A DNA stretch of 64,000 nt from Octopus vulgaris (GCA_951406725.2 OX597835.1:6262001-6326000), one strand, 5' to 3'; shown: positions 1 to 22,737, numbered from the stretch's first letter. Notes: a model not told the origin generated them from the sequence alone. Made by a program: numbers and translations.

Positions 1-5015
<5,015 letters not shown>

Positions 5016-5384
5016 TCAGAAAAAGAGACAGACAGTTCTAGAAAGATCAAGGAATCTAGATAGATCAAGAAAACAAAAGGAAGGAGAAACGAGATAAAGA
5101 AATTCCTATTTCTGAGTCCATGATTTGAAACTAAATAAACGAATAGTATTCTTTATTACGTACCTCTATGTTCTGAGTTCAAACTCCGTCAAAGTCGAAT
5201 ATATTTTCCATCTTCCCAAAGTTAACAAAATAAACTTCCTGTCTGTAGTCGATTTAATATTCCTATAAAAAAAAAGTTCCTTGGGATTGAAATATATTCG
5301 ATTATTAAAACTTAACGGACAAGAACAATTGCGAAATTAGAAATCATTTCGAAACTGCAAACAAATAAATTTATCAGAGAAGGA

Positions 5385-6900
5385 AAAACGGAAACGTAAT
5401 GAAGGAAACTTAGTGGCGAAAGCATGATAGCGAAAATATGGTGGCGAAACGTATTGACAACAAACTGATGGCGAAAGTATAATGGCAAAAATGTTATGGC
5501 AAAAATGTAATGGCGGAAATATAATGGCAAAAATATAATGGCAAAAATGTAATGGCGAAAATATAATGGCAAAAATATAATGGCAAAAATGTAATGGCGA
5601 AAATATAATGGCAAAAATATAATGGCAAAAATGTAATGGCGAAAATATAATGGCAAAAATTTAATGGCAAAAATGTAATGGCGAAAATATAATGGCAAAA
5701 ATATAATGGCAAAAATGTAATGGCGAAAATATAATGGCAAAAATATAATGGCAAAAATGTAATGGCGAAAATATAATGGCAAAAATATAATGGCAAAAAT
5801 GTAATGGCGAAAATATAATGGCGAAAATATAATGGCAAAAATGTAATGGCGAAAATATAATGGCAAAAATTTAATGGCGAAAATATAATGGCAAAAATTT
5901 AATGGCGAAAATATAATGGCAAAAATTTAATGGCAAAAATATAATGGCAAAAATGTAATGGCGAAAATATAATGGCAAAAATATAATGGCAAAAATGTAA
6001 TGGCGAAAATATAATGGCAAAAATTTAATGGCAAAAATGTAATGGCGAAAATATAATGGCAAAAATATAATGGCAAAAATGTAATGGCGAAAATATAATG
6101 GCAAAAATATAATGGCAAAAATGTAATGGCGAAAATATAATGGCAAAAATATAATGGCAAAAATGTAATGGCGAAAATATAATGGCAAAAATATAATGGC
6201 AAAAATGTAATGGCGAAAATATAATGGCAAAAATTTAATAGCGAAAATATAATGGCAAAAATTTAATGGCGAAAATATAATGGCAAAAATTTAATGGCGA
6301 AAATATAATGGCAAAAATTTAATGGCGAAAATATAATAGCGGAAACGTACTGACGGAAACGTATGAACGAAAACGTAGTGGGAAAACGTATTAGTGAAAA
6401 TGTCATGACTAAAGCGTAAAGGCAAAAGAGTGATGGTAAAAATGTAGCAGGGAAAACGTGATGGAAAACGTAATGGTGGAAACGTAATGATAAAAATGTA
6501 ATGGCGACAACATAATGAGGAGAATGAAAAGGTCGAAACGTGATGGCGAAAAGGTAATGGCAAAAATCTATTGGCGAAATTATGATGGCAAAAACGTTAT
6601 CGGGAACGTAATGATGGAAACGTAATAGAAAATACGTGATGAAAATATAATGGCAAAAACATATTAGCGAAAACGTATTTGCGAAAATGTATTACGAAAA
6701 CTTACTGGGGAAAACGTGATAGCGAAAACGTAATGGTGAGAACGTAATGGCGAAAATGTAATGACGAAAATGTGGTGGCAAAAACATTATAGCGAAAATA
6801 TATTAGCGAAAACATATTGACGAAAATCTAGTGGCGATAATTTAATGGCGAATATGTAATGGCGACAATGTGATGGTGAAAAACGTAATGGCGAAATGGT
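5385..6900. repeat. 14-bp minisatellite TAATGGC(A/G)AAAAT(A/G/T) with a 42-bp higher-order unit
   Basis: Homogeneous core about 5480-6335 cycling three monomer variants; degenerate monomers on both flanks. Confidence 0.95.
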
Positions 6901-6925
6901 AATCGAGAGTTGGTTTTCTTAACAT

Positions 6926-7745
6926 TGTCACAACTGACGGCTAATTTTTAAGGTCTCTTTTTATTTTATCTTACTTAATCTTCTGATTCTTGACCTCGTC
7001 ATTTAGCATGAATTTCGGCCAAAAGAAAATGAAACGGAAAGGTTCTTCTATGTTAAGCGTTGAGGTACATCAAAGGAGAGAGAAAGAGTTCCAATCCCCT
7101 AAGTTGATTAGCTGCAATAAAAGGGAGAGGGTGCACAGCAGTTTAGTAATGATTGTTGGTTGCTGTCGGGGATTGAGGTGTTAGCGGGATTTTTACGGGG
7201 ACGAAGTTCCTATAAATAAGAACGTAGATATAAGAACCGCAACAGTATTGGACGTTGATTGGTGGAGAGTTGATTCGGAATGGGACGTATGAGTCGCTGA
7301 TTGGTGGAAAGATGATGCAAACTTGCAGACGATTGTGTTAGTTAATAGCTGACGTTGATTTGATCGAGAGTAGGCAGAGACTAAATCAGAACTTAAGAGT
7401 AAATGAAGAGGCTATTAATGAAGAGGTTAATTAAAGTAACTATTAAAAGGAAATTTAATTAAAGTATGCCGTGTCTAGTTGTATGACTTTATTGTAACCA
7501 GATAGTTGTCTATCAAATGTCGCTTTTCCATTAATTATACGTATGGAGATTTTCAGTAATGAGTTCGCTGTGCTTATATTCTGTAATTAAGTACGACATT
7601 TTGCTATTTGCTAATTTCTGTTACGCTTGTGTCTATTTTCTATGAACAATATAATAATAAACCAGCTTTTCTGCATCATTGATTTTTTTCCAATACCAGC
7701 CAAAATTCGGAAACTTGCTTTACCTTTTGTAACAATTGGTGCGGT
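6926..7745 (+). mobile_element. Putative LTR (about 809 bp) with primer-binding site
   Basis: Begins TGTCACAA (6926), ends TTGTAACA (7734); internal TATAAATA near 7211 and AATAAA near 7655; followed by TGGTGCGG, a PBS-like sequence. Confidence 0.55.
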
Positions 7746-7779
7746 ATTAAAGTGCACTAAATAAATGGCTTTTGTTTTT

Positions 7780-8355
7780 GTTGAAATTGTTGGCGGTGGC
7801 GATGGTTCTCGTGTTGGTGGTGGCGGTCGTGGGGTTGCTGTTGTTGTTGTTGTTGTGGTAGCGGGAAGTGGTGGGGTTACTAATCATGGTGGCGATAGGA
7901 GTAGCTGTGGTGGCGATAGGGGTAGTGGGTCACTAGTTGTGGAAGTCGTCATAGTGATGTTGGTGATAGGGGTGATGGTGGTCGTTTTGGTGGTAGAGCC
8001 AGTAGTGGTGCGGTGATGTTGTTGGTGGTGATGATGGTGGTGGTGGTGGAAGTTGAGACTAAATTTGATGATAGTGGCTATTGATTATCGTAGTGTAGGT
8101 TGCTATTGGCGGTGCTGTTTAGTAGAGGTGGTGGTGGTGGTGGTGGTCGTCGTCGTCGTCGTGGTCATCGTGGTGCTGGTGGTCGTCGTGGTAGTGGTCG
8201 TCGTAGTGGTGCTGGTGGTCGTGGTCGTGGTGGTGCTGGTGGTGGTGCTAGTGGTGGTACTGGTGGCGGTGGCGGAGGTGGCAGCGGTGGTTTGAGGTGG
8301 CAGCGGTAGTGGTGGCGGTGGCGGCAGCTACAACTGTGGTGCTGCTGCTGTGGTT
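7780..8355. repeat. (GGT)n/(CGT)n low-complexity tract
   Basis: Visible trinucleotide runs; source of the poly-V and poly-G ORFs. Confidence 0.9.
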
Positions 8356-8374
8356 TGCAGTGATGCTCTGATGG

Positions 8375-8631
8375 TTACTGTATTGAAAGTGTTCTGCGTA
8401 GGATGTGTGTAGTGCCCAGTAGTGCAATTTTCACTATGTTATATGTGTTTGTAAGTCCTGGTGTTTTTGTTATGTATTTGTCTGAATATTTCTTTATCAT
8501 ACCTAATGCGCCAATTATGATAGGAATTGTTTCTGTTTTTAGATTCCACATTCGAGTTACCTCTATTTCCAGGTCTTTTTATTTTGAAAGTTTTTCCATT
8601 TCTTTTAGAGAAACGTTGTCATCTGTTGGTT
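8375..8631 (-). mobile_element. R4/Dong-like LINE 3' fragment (restriction-like endonuclease C-terminus)
   Basis: Translates as DDNVSLKEMEKLSK*KDLEIEVTRMWNLKTETIPIIIGALG...KIALLGTTHILRRTLSIQ*. Confidence 0.8.
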
Positions 8632-8873
8632 GGGCTTTGTATTTTTCGTAGATCCCATGGTTACCGAAATAATCTACTGTAATAATACTCTTGTGTTTAT
8701 GAATGAGGAAGGGGTGATAGATGAATTAGGAAGGAAGGGGTGATGGCATACTTGATAGTGTGATGATGAAAATTGCATGCTGAAAAAATAAATCAAACAG
8801 CGTTTCAACTCTGTGTGAATATATGTGTGTGTATGCAAAAGGAGGGTATGTGAATGTGTGTGTGTGTGCGTGC

Positions 8874-8925
<52 letters not shown>

Positions 8926-9174
8926 ATGTGCCCGCGTAATGCAAGTGGGATGGTTCACCTTTGTTCGCTTAGTATTTGGGTTTATTTTTTTATTTGGTTG
9001 GCTTTTTTGTTGTTGCTGGTCAGTTATTTTTAGCGTTTTGACAAAAAAGTCATTCTAAAATTGTTAATTATTTTTTTAACGTAAGCGAGCCCAAGCAAGT
9101 TGAATGCTTACACAGAGCAGGTTTTACAGCCACATCATCCAAACCGATCGAGTGAAACCGAGATTAGCTGCTAG

Positions 9175-9238
<64 letters not shown>

Positions 9239-9272
9239 CACTATATATTCTAATAATAGTTTATATATATTC

Positions 9273-9327
<55 letters not shown>

Positions 9328-9350
9328 TAATAATAGTTTAACACAGCTCC

Positions 9351-9402
9351 ATATGACGTTAAGTTTCGAGGACGCGTAGGACGAACCCATCTCATGAGAT
9401 AT
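9351..9402 (-). ncRNA. Degenerate minimal type-I hammerhead motif
   Basis: atat-CTCATGA-gatgg...cctc-GAAA-cttaacg-TC-atat; G5 is changed to C, so probably inactive. Confidence 0.45.
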
Positions 9403-9534
9403 TTGAATAGTAACAGATTTGGTTTCTAAATGTTAGGTTTCTAGTAGTCACTTCAGATTTCGTGATGCTAATACTGTGGAACCGACAGCAGTTTTTACTC
9501 TATTCTTAAGCGAACATGCTCGGACAGCATATGG

Positions 9535-13636
<4,102 letters not shown>

Positions 13637-14038
13637 GTTATTATTATTTAAATGTTCTGAGTTCAAATTCCGTCGAGGTCGATTTTACCTTTCATCCTTT
13701 AGGGGTCGTTTAAATAAGTACCAGTTACGCACTGGGGTCGATGTAATCGACTTAATCTCTGCAACCACATAACCCTGGTTTCTGTTACATGGGTGAGCAC
13801 CCATTAGATTGGTGACCCCGACGTTGGAATATTTCTTTCGGAAATATTCCCCCAAAAAAAAATAAACATAATAGGCACAGGAGTGGCTGTGTGGTAAGTA
13901 GCTTGTTTACCAACCACATGGTTCCGGGTTCAGTCCCACTGCGTGGCACCTTGGGCAAGTGTCTTCTACTATAGCCTCGGGCCGACCAAAGCCTTGTGAG
14001 TGGATTTGTAGACGGAAACTGAAAAGAAGCCCGTCGCA

Positions 14039-14100
<62 letters not shown>

Positions 14101-14439
14101 TGTGTGTGTTTGTGTGTCTGTGTTTGTCCCCCTAGCATTGCTTGACAACCGATGCTGGTGTGTTTATGTCCCCGTTACTTAGCGCTTCGGCAAAAGAGAC
14201 CGATAGAAGAAGTACTGGGCTTACAAAAGAATAAGTCCCGGGGTCGAGTTGCTCGATTAACGGCGGTGCTCCAGCATGGCCGCAGTCAAATGACTGAAAC
14301 AAGTAAAAGAATAAAAGAATAATTATTCTTACGAGACGAACACTTTAAAACTACATTTGCAGCATTCTACTTTGTGCGTACATTTACCTGTTTCCAAGAT
14401 GGCTACCCGTCTTGTCGATTCATCTTCTTCATGCGTAAC

Positions 14440-14895
14440 CTTGTGGTGCTTTATGCATGCGCACCGGTGCCAAACACACATGCCTTGCCTCGCTTCGGTT
14501 TAATTTTTTCCCGCTCATCGCCATTGGTCGCACCATTGCAGAAGATGGCCTTTGATTTTCACCAACGCTGCAGCCATTAAGGACCTGCCTCCTTCCATTT
14601 CTTTTCGACGGCCGCGCCATTTTCTTGGCTTATCGACGTTTCATCCTTCGCTGCCCTGGACTTTTGCTTCGACTCACTGAGCTTCTCCAGCTCTGCATTG
14701 TGAAGAGGATTCCGGCTCTTTTGCACCTGACAGACCTTGTTTTGTTTTTCGCGAGCGAAAAACTTTTGCTCTACATCATCGCGAGCGAAAAACTTTTGCT
14801 CAACATCGTCCCTCCTTGCACACTGTGTCTCCGATGCAAAGCTTTCGTTTGTGGTTAATGCATCAGACACTGCAATCGGTGCTGTATTACAGTCA
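14440..14895 (+). mobile_element. Ty3/Gypsy pol fragment (RT C-terminus to RNase H), degenerate
   Basis: YRRFILRCPGLLLRLTELL and LLAHCVSDAKLSFVVNASDTAIGAVLQ match Gypsy YRRFI and DAS..AIGAVLQ motifs; frameshifted, with an internal tandem duplication near 14748-14801. Confidence 0.8.
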
Positions 14896-15741
14896 TTTCA
14901 TCAGGATCTCGGGCATCCTCCATCCAATTGCGCTCAAAGTTGATATGTAGATACCGACGGTATCAGGGCGTGTATAAGTCTTGATAAAAATTACAAAAAT
15001 CGATTCCAGGTGAGAATGCGATCGATAAAGCCGTGGGAACGTGCATTTGTACGCGCAAGACATCAGTCGAAATCTGTCTTTTGCCGGTGTCTCAAATTTA
15101 GGTTAAATCAGTGTTTCTCAAAGGGGACGGTCGAACAAGTTGTTTTGAGAGAATTTGGTTTAAATGTTTGACAACTCAGCACCGTCCATTGGACGGGGGA
15201 GGGCGGTGCTCGTATATACATGCTTGTATATACATATGAACGTACATATGTAATGTATGTATATAAACGTTTATATGTGTGTGCATGCGCGCGCGTGCTC
15301 GTGCGTGTATGTGTACATATTCTCTCTTTCTCTCTTTTACTTGTTTCAGTCATTTGACTGCGGCCATGCTGGAGCACCGCCTTTAGTCGAGCAAATTGAC
15401 CCCGGGACTTATTCTTTGTAAGTCCAGTACTTATTCTATCGGTCTCCTTTGCCGAACCGTTAAGTGACGGCGACGTAAACACACCAGCATCGGTTGTCAA
15501 GCAATGTTGGGGGGACAAACACAGAAACACAAACATACACACACACATACATATATACATACATATATAGGACGGGCTTCTTTCAGTTTCCGTCTACCAA
15601 ATCCACTCACAAGGCTTTGGTCGGCCCGAGACTATAGTAGAAGACACTTGCCCAAGGTCCCACACAGTGAGACTGAACCCGGAACCATATGGCTGGTAAG
15701 CAAGCTACTTACCACACAACTGCTCCTGCGCCAATATTCAT

Positions 15742-15777
<36 letters not shown>

Positions 15778-16013
15778 TCACTTTATCTATATGTACGTGT
15801 GTGTGTCTCTCTCACTTTATGTAAATGTACATGTGTGCGCATGTACGTGTGTGTGCGCATGCGTGTGTGCTCGTGCGTATATAGCAAAAAGTTATACGTA
15901 GAAACATATACACCTTGCAAATGTGCCTGTCCGTCTCCGTCCGTTACTTGGCCGGCTCCAGCACAATTGGCTCAGTCACGCTCAATCACGCCTTTTTAAA
16001 TAAATGCATTAAT

Positions 16014-16437
16014 AGGCGCAGGAGTGGCTGTGTGGTAAGTAGCTTGCTTACCAACCACATGGTTCCGGGTTCAGTCCCACTGCGTGGCATCTTGGGCAAG
16101 TGTCTTCTACTATAGCCCCGGGCCGACCAATGCTTTGTGGGTGGATTTGGTAGACGGAAACTGAAAGAAGCCTGTCGTATATATGTATATACATATATAT
16201 ATGTGTGTGTATATATGTTTGTGTGTCTGTGTTTGTCCCCCTAGCATTGCTTGACAACCGATGCTGGTGTGTTCACGTCCCCGTCACTTAGCGGTTCGGC
16301 AAAAGAGACCAATAGAATAAGTACTGGGCTTACAAAAGAATAAGTCCCGGAGTCGATTTGCTCGACTAAAGGCGATGCTCCAGCATGGCCGCAGTCAAAT
16401 GACTGAAATGAGTAAAAGAGTAAAAGAATAAAAGAGT
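16014..16437 (+). mobile_element. tRNA-derived SINE family A, full-length representative
   Basis: A-box/B-box-like head, internal (TA/TG)n, (AAAAGAGT)n tail. Approximate other copies: 2057-2404+, 13873-14320+, 15335-15732-, 18917-19247-, 20745-20925-, 26620-27005-, 30046-30600+, 33119-33473-, 40474-40898+, 41779-42190+, 47401-47802+, 48183-48511+, 54604-55056-, 56049-56424+, 57534-57720-, 57724-58085+, 60466-60843-, 62738-62985-. Confidence 0.92.
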
Positions 16438-16469
16438 ATTAATATGTCCCTATTACAGGGCTGGTGGCT

Positions 16470-16519
<50 letters not shown>

Positions 16520-16628
16520 TATACCTTAATGTGTGTGTACCTGTAATTGCTGATCTTGCAAGTATTTTAAACGTATAAGCATATACATTATGAAATGCGT
16601 GCTTTACGAAGGTGAACAAATGCATGTA

Positions 16629-16667
<39 letters not shown>

Positions 16668-17786
16668 ATATGCTTTTCTATAAACAGCTTATTTCATATC
16701 CACATACATAGACATACGCACGCGCACGCACACACACATATATTTAGATATATGTGTGTATATCTATAAATGTATATGTGTATGTGTGTATATATATATA
16801 TATTTAGATGTGTGTGTGTGTATATATATATATATATTTAGATATATGTATATCTATATATGTATATGTGTGTATATATATATGTGTGTATATATATATA
16901 TATATATACATATATATATACACATATATATGTGTGTGTTTATATATATATATATAGGCATACACACATATACCTAAATTTACATATACATACTCACACG
17001 TACATGCACACGTACATACACACACACGCACACACGTACATACATAATATCTCTCTCTATATATATATATACACACACACAGAGTCGTCCAAATGTCAGT
17101 CTCTTACTAAAGCAATGACATACAATTCCAAGAAAGACTCGGTGATATGTGTGTGTATGTGTGCGTGGTTGTATGTGTGTATGTGTATGTGTGTGTGTGT
17201 GTGTGTGTTTCTGTTTGTATGTGAGCATGCGTGTGTGTGTGTGTGCGCGCACGCGTGTGTGTATGTGTGTGTATGTGTGTGCGTGTACACTCTGAATTCA
17301 CACTCGTATCTAAACTTCGAAGCCTCGTCTCCCTGGTCGCCTCTATGTCTGCGCGCGTAAATGGCTGTGTTTTATCCAGGGGTGCTTGTGCATGTGCGTG
17401 TGTGTGTACATATGTGTGCATATGTGTGTTTTTGTGTTTGTTGCATGTGTCTGAATGTATGTGCATGTTTGCCTGTACGTCTATGCATTTGTGTTATATT
17501 CGTATGCTGTGTTCGCAGATTCTATTCTCGCCTCTACCCCCACTACTCCTCCTTCACTATTTCTTTCTTTCACATTTGATGACCCGATTGTTTCACAAAT
17601 ACCTTCTATTTTAGAATTAAGTATTCTAGGCACGATATATGCCAAGACTAAATCTCCAGCATATTAACAGAACTTAGCACTCTTTAGCATTGAACATATC
17701 TGTAGTGGTTGCATATAACAATGTCTGTGTGTACGCATCTGTAAATGTAAATATATGTACCTGTGTGCGTTTAGACTGATATATAG

Positions 17787-17880
<94 letters not shown>

Positions 17881-18106
17881 CTTTACTACCCACAAGGGGC
17901 TAAACACAGAGGGGACAAACAAGGACAGACAAAGGGATTAAGTCGATTACATCGACCCCAGTGCGTAACTGGTACTTAATTTATCGACCCCGAAAGGATG
18001 AAAGGCAAAGTCGACCTCGGCGGAATTTGAACCCAGAACGTAACGGAGACGAAATACGGCTACGCATTTCGCCCGGCGTGCTAACGTTTCTGCCAGCTCG
18101 CCGCCT

Positions 18107-18108
<2 letters not shown>
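17881..18108 (-). mobile_element. SINE family B with Nin-like central domain, representative
   Basis: Head GGCGGCGAGCTGGCAG, B-box GAGTTCAAATTCC, core GCCTTTCATCCTTTCGGGGTCGATAAATTAAGTACC. Other copies near 13652, 38441-39046, 42270, 44619, 47850, 50795-51540, 53345-53753, 55570-55793, 61684-62008. Confidence 0.88.
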
Positions 18109-18158
<50 letters not shown>

Positions 18159-18452
18159 ACACACACACACAAGCACACATACACAAGTGTGTGGGTGTAT
18201 AGATATTTACGTATATATAGGATAATAACTGAATGTGGTGTTTTAAACCACGTGGCCTTTTCTTCTTCTCGCTCGGTAATACGTTATTGTAATATTTGAT
18301 TATTTCTTATATCTTACTGTATTGAATTACTGCCATCATGTGGAATGAATCTGTATCATATCGATGGAACTTACCAACACGTGTGGGTACATTCCTGTGA
18401 ACGCATTGTTGATGGTTGGGCTTGTGATCCATAGAAGACAATTCGATCAACG

Positions 18453-20689
18453 CTAATATTCTGATTTTGAAAAATATCTTTACATCTTGTAAAATAGCAT
18501 TTCCCTCCTAAACATAATTATAGTAAAATATAGCTTCAACCCAGACTCACACGAAAGAAACAACTCAACACTAATAACCTTCTGTCTGCCAATACTTTTA
18601 AAAATAATGAATAATTCTAATTATAAGAACATGAATATCATTAATGCACCAAAATACAACTGTCATTCACAAAACGCGATTCTCTAGGAAAATCAATTAT
18701 CTGTGCAGCAACTGTCACATCTAATATTAATCGGTATTATTAACCTTAATTGACAGTAAATCAATTTAATGTTAGGTATTATCAGCATAATTATACCTTT
18801 ACAGCATTACAAAAACGATTCGATACAATTTTCGTGATTTACACGTGTCTTTTTTTTTCAAACCATTTCTATTTTAAAATAAATAAAAACAGATTCATTA
18901 TTTATTTAGCTTATGTACTCTTTACTCTCTTTTACTCTTTTACTTGTTTCAGTCTTTTGACTGCGGCCATGCTGGAGCACCGCCTTTAATCGAGCAACTC
19001 GACCCCGGGACTTATTCTTTTGTAAGCTCAGTACTTATTCTATCGGTCTATTTTGCCGAACCGCTAAGTAACGGGGACATAAACACACCAGCATCGGTTG
19101 TCAAGCAATGCTAGGGGGACAAACACACACACGCATATATATATACATACATATATACGACGGGCTTCTTTCAGTTTCCGTCTACCAAATCCACTCACAA
19201 GGCTTTGGTCGGCCCGAGGCTATAGTAGAAGACACTTACCCAAGGTGCTCTTGAGGAAATCTTCGTTTTAAAACACTGAAAGATCTCAATGAGCTAATTT
19301 CTTCATGTATAGATATAACAAAATAGCTACTGAGGTACCAATAATTGCATCCTTAAACAGTGACAAAACACATGGCATTAGAGCACTTATATGCACACAC
19401 ACACAGAGAAACACCCACGCACATACACACACACACACACACACAGAGATAAACACCCACACACATATACACACACACACACAGAGAAACACCCACGCAC
19501 ATACACACACACACACACACACACAGAAACACCCACGCACATATACACACACACACACAGAGAAACACCCACGCACATATACACACACACACACACAGAG
19601 AAACACCCACGCAAATATACACACACACACACAGAAACACCCACGCACATATACACACACACACACAGAGAAACACCCACGCACATATACACACACACAC
19701 ACACAGAAACACCCACGCACATATACACACACACACACACACACAGAGAAACACCCACGCACATATACACACACACAGAGAGAAACACCCACGCACATAT
19801 ACACACACACACACACACACAGAGAAACACCCACGCACATATACACACACACACACAGAGAAACACCCACGCACATATACACACACACAGAGAAACACCC
19901 ACGCACATATACACACACACACACAGAGAAACACCCACGCACATATATACACACACACACACAGAGAAACACCCACGCATATACACACACACACACACAC
20001 AGAAACACCCACGCACATATACACACACACACACACACACAGAGAAACACCCACGCACATATACACACACAGAGAGATAAACACCCACACACACATACAT
20101 ACACTTACAAACCTGTGCGCACACTCATATAAATTTCCATCCAGTGGCCATACACTTAATTATAAAACATTTTTTAATTATAAACGATCTCTTAATTTAC
20201 GAGGGGAGTGCGCAGAATCATTACCACGTATTCTGTTGCATCACGAGTTGGCGAAACTTTAGCTTGTAACATGAGTACTCAATATCCAGCTATTCGTAAA
20301 AGAGTATCAAGTAAAATTTGTGCGGACAAGGACTTCATACATAGGTTAATTTTACTCATCCATCAGAAATACCAACAAGACAAATAAGAAAGGAAGCGAA
20401 GAATGAAGTACTCAGAAACGAGTAACAGTCAGCGAGGATGAGTAAAATAGATGGTACTCCGAGCAGAAGTACTGAATGGCAGTTGTATTTTGGTGCATTA
20501 ATGATATTCATGTTCTTATAATTAGAATTATTCATTATTTTTAAAAGTATTGGCAGACAGAAGGTTATTAGTGTTGAGTTGTTTCTTTCGTGTGAGTCTG
20601 GGTTGAAGCTATCTTTTACTATAATTATGTTTAGGAGGGAAATGCTATTTTACAAGATGTAAAGATATTTTTCAAAATCAGATTATTAG
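18453..20689 (+). mobile_element. Penelope-like element remnant (GIY-YIG endonuclease region) with an inverted partial copy
   Basis: Decayed reading KISLHLVK*HFPPKHNYSKI...KSIICAATVTSN..YY..LTVNQFNVRYYQHNYTF, and after a SINE LEEIFVLK...NELISSC; 18453-18669 is repeated in inverted orientation at 20473-20689. Confidence 0.75.
19393..20095. repeat. Compound minisatellite [AGAGAAACACCCACGCACATATA(CA)n], about 18-19 copies
   Basis: Directly visible; constant core with a variable CA run. Confidence 0.95.
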
Positions 20690-21560
20690 ATTGTTTTAAA
20701 TTTGTATGTGTTTGTGTATGTGTGTATTCACATATAGATATGCACACACACACACACACACACGACAGGCTTCTTACAGTTTCCGTCTACCAAATCCACT
20801 CACAAGGCTTTGGTCGGCTTAAGGCTATAATAGAAGACACTTGCTCAAGTCGTCACGCAGTGGGACTGAACCCAGAACCATGTTGCCTAGGAAGCAAGCT
20901 TCTTACCTCACAGTCACACCTGCTCCAATCAATATTTGATACACCTGCTTTCCTCGCGTTAATAAGGAATGCATTTAGAATATTTGCTGAATCAGCCTTC
21001 AATAATTACACCACACTGAATGCTTTATAGAATCCTACCTGGAATCGAACCTGCACTCTACTTTCCACTCTTTAAGTTTTCTGCTTTGGTTTCATTTTGT
21101 AGGAAAACAATTTCACTTTGCTGGGGGTATTTGTCTCCCCTTCGTAAATATAAAAAGGACACAGGAAAAAAATGTGTCGAAGCCGGCAGGAAGCGTCAAT
21201 GCTTCCTAGGGCTAAACAGCGGTGGTGTAGTCCCCTACTGTCACGTTAAATTGACAGTATACAACCATTCTATCGCCCCACCACCGTACATATCTCTATG
21301 AGATATTTAGAAATTTAATATTTCTAATTTCACTTTTTGACGTGGAAAATAACCGATTTTTTTGGCAAAGTAACTACTTTAGCACTTATTCAGTCCTGGA
21401 AACAATAAAGCGCCGCTCAAGTGTCCTATTTTCAACAATAGGTTTAATATTTTAACTAAACTTTTGAAAGATGTTGTTTAGTGGAATGAATAGGAAGTGG
21501 TTGTCACATCAGTTCAATCACATCTGAGCTTATATAAACGATAGATATTCATATAAATTA

Positions 21561-21600
<40 letters not shown>

Positions 21601-21859
21601 CACCACACGACACCATACGACATTACACATCACATTATACATACATATACACGTCCAGACCTTTCATACGCACATACATATTCTCTCATACACATACGCA
21701 CCCTTATGTTGGGGCGAGGTCATTTGACCCTGTTATCTCCCCTACTATCCCTCTTGCGTCTAACGTCTGATCTCTGACTTCTGGCCGAAATCAGACCGCC
21801 ATGTTGAATCGTTAGCTCCTGCACGCATTTTTTTTCTCTCCTTGTTTCTTTTCTGTGTA

Positions 21860-21897
21860 TCTTTCTGTTGAAGAGCGTAGGCTCGAAACGTAAAAGA
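21860..21897 (+). ncRNA. Minimal type-I hammerhead motif in a Penelope-type terminal repeat
   Basis: tcttt-CTGTTGA-A-GAGC gtag GCTC-GAA-ACGT-A-aaaga: 5-bp stem I, 4-bp stem II, palindromic ACGT stem III; A6 is changed to U. Confidence 0.65.
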
Positions 21898-22239
21898 CCT
21901 GTTCTATTTCTATTCCTGAGCGCCATACTAATACAATTGTTTGTTTGTACTCCACCTGCCTTCGTCTTTTGTTTATTTTCGTAAAGCTTCCCGTTATATA
22001 CAGCAGTACCTCGGTTTTCGAACGACTCTGATCACGAATAAATCGCTTTACGTCACGTATTCATACAACACCAGGAGAAAAGACAAAGAGACAAATAAAC
22101 TAGCAATAAAATTTTTCACTAGTTTATTTGTCTGTTTGTCTTTTCTCCTGGTGCTGTATGAATACATTGTGTGGTTTTAGAGTAAAGTTTTGGCTGCTAT
22201 CTCTAGCATGGTGGTATCTTTTAGATACTCTTAATTACA

Positions 22240-22301
<62 letters not shown>

Positions 22302-22381
22302 GATGTCGGTACGTACATATATGTTTGTATGTATGCATATATTTTATTTATTACATTATATATATATTGGAAGGTTTGGAG

Positions 22382-22737
22382 ATGATGTACATGTATTATA
22401 TATTAGAAGAAATGAGGTACTCAGAAGATCGGATGGTTTATATTTACAGATCTTTATTTATATATTACATTTTTATATATATATATATATCATATCACTT
22501 AGATCATTAGCGCTTTCTCCCATTCTAGAGGGGTTTTCAAATCAAACTAAGTTGTTTGATTTGACTTAGTTTGATTTGAAAACCCCACAAGAATGGCAGA
22601 AAGCGCTAATGATCGAAGTGATATGATATATATATATAAAAAGGCAATATATAAATAAATATCTGTAAATATAAACCATCCGATCTTCTGAGTACCTCAT
22701 TTCTTCTAATATATAATATATAATACCTGTACATCAT
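22382..22737. mobile_element. Foldback palindrome (about 175-bp arms) with hammerhead 3' halves
   Basis: Arms are reverse complements around about 22558; each arm carries GAA-AGCGCT-A-atgatc (plus copy 22599-22614). Confidence 0.8.

Noticed and set aside
5312-6563. LPLYFRHYIFAIIF repeat proteins, or a CRISPR-like array
   Set aside because: Minisatellite translation; no unique spacers, no cas genes, eukaryotic context.
14833-14910. Minus-strand CTGATGA...GAAAGCTT string
   Set aside because: Stems I and II do not form; lies in Gypsy pol coding remnant.
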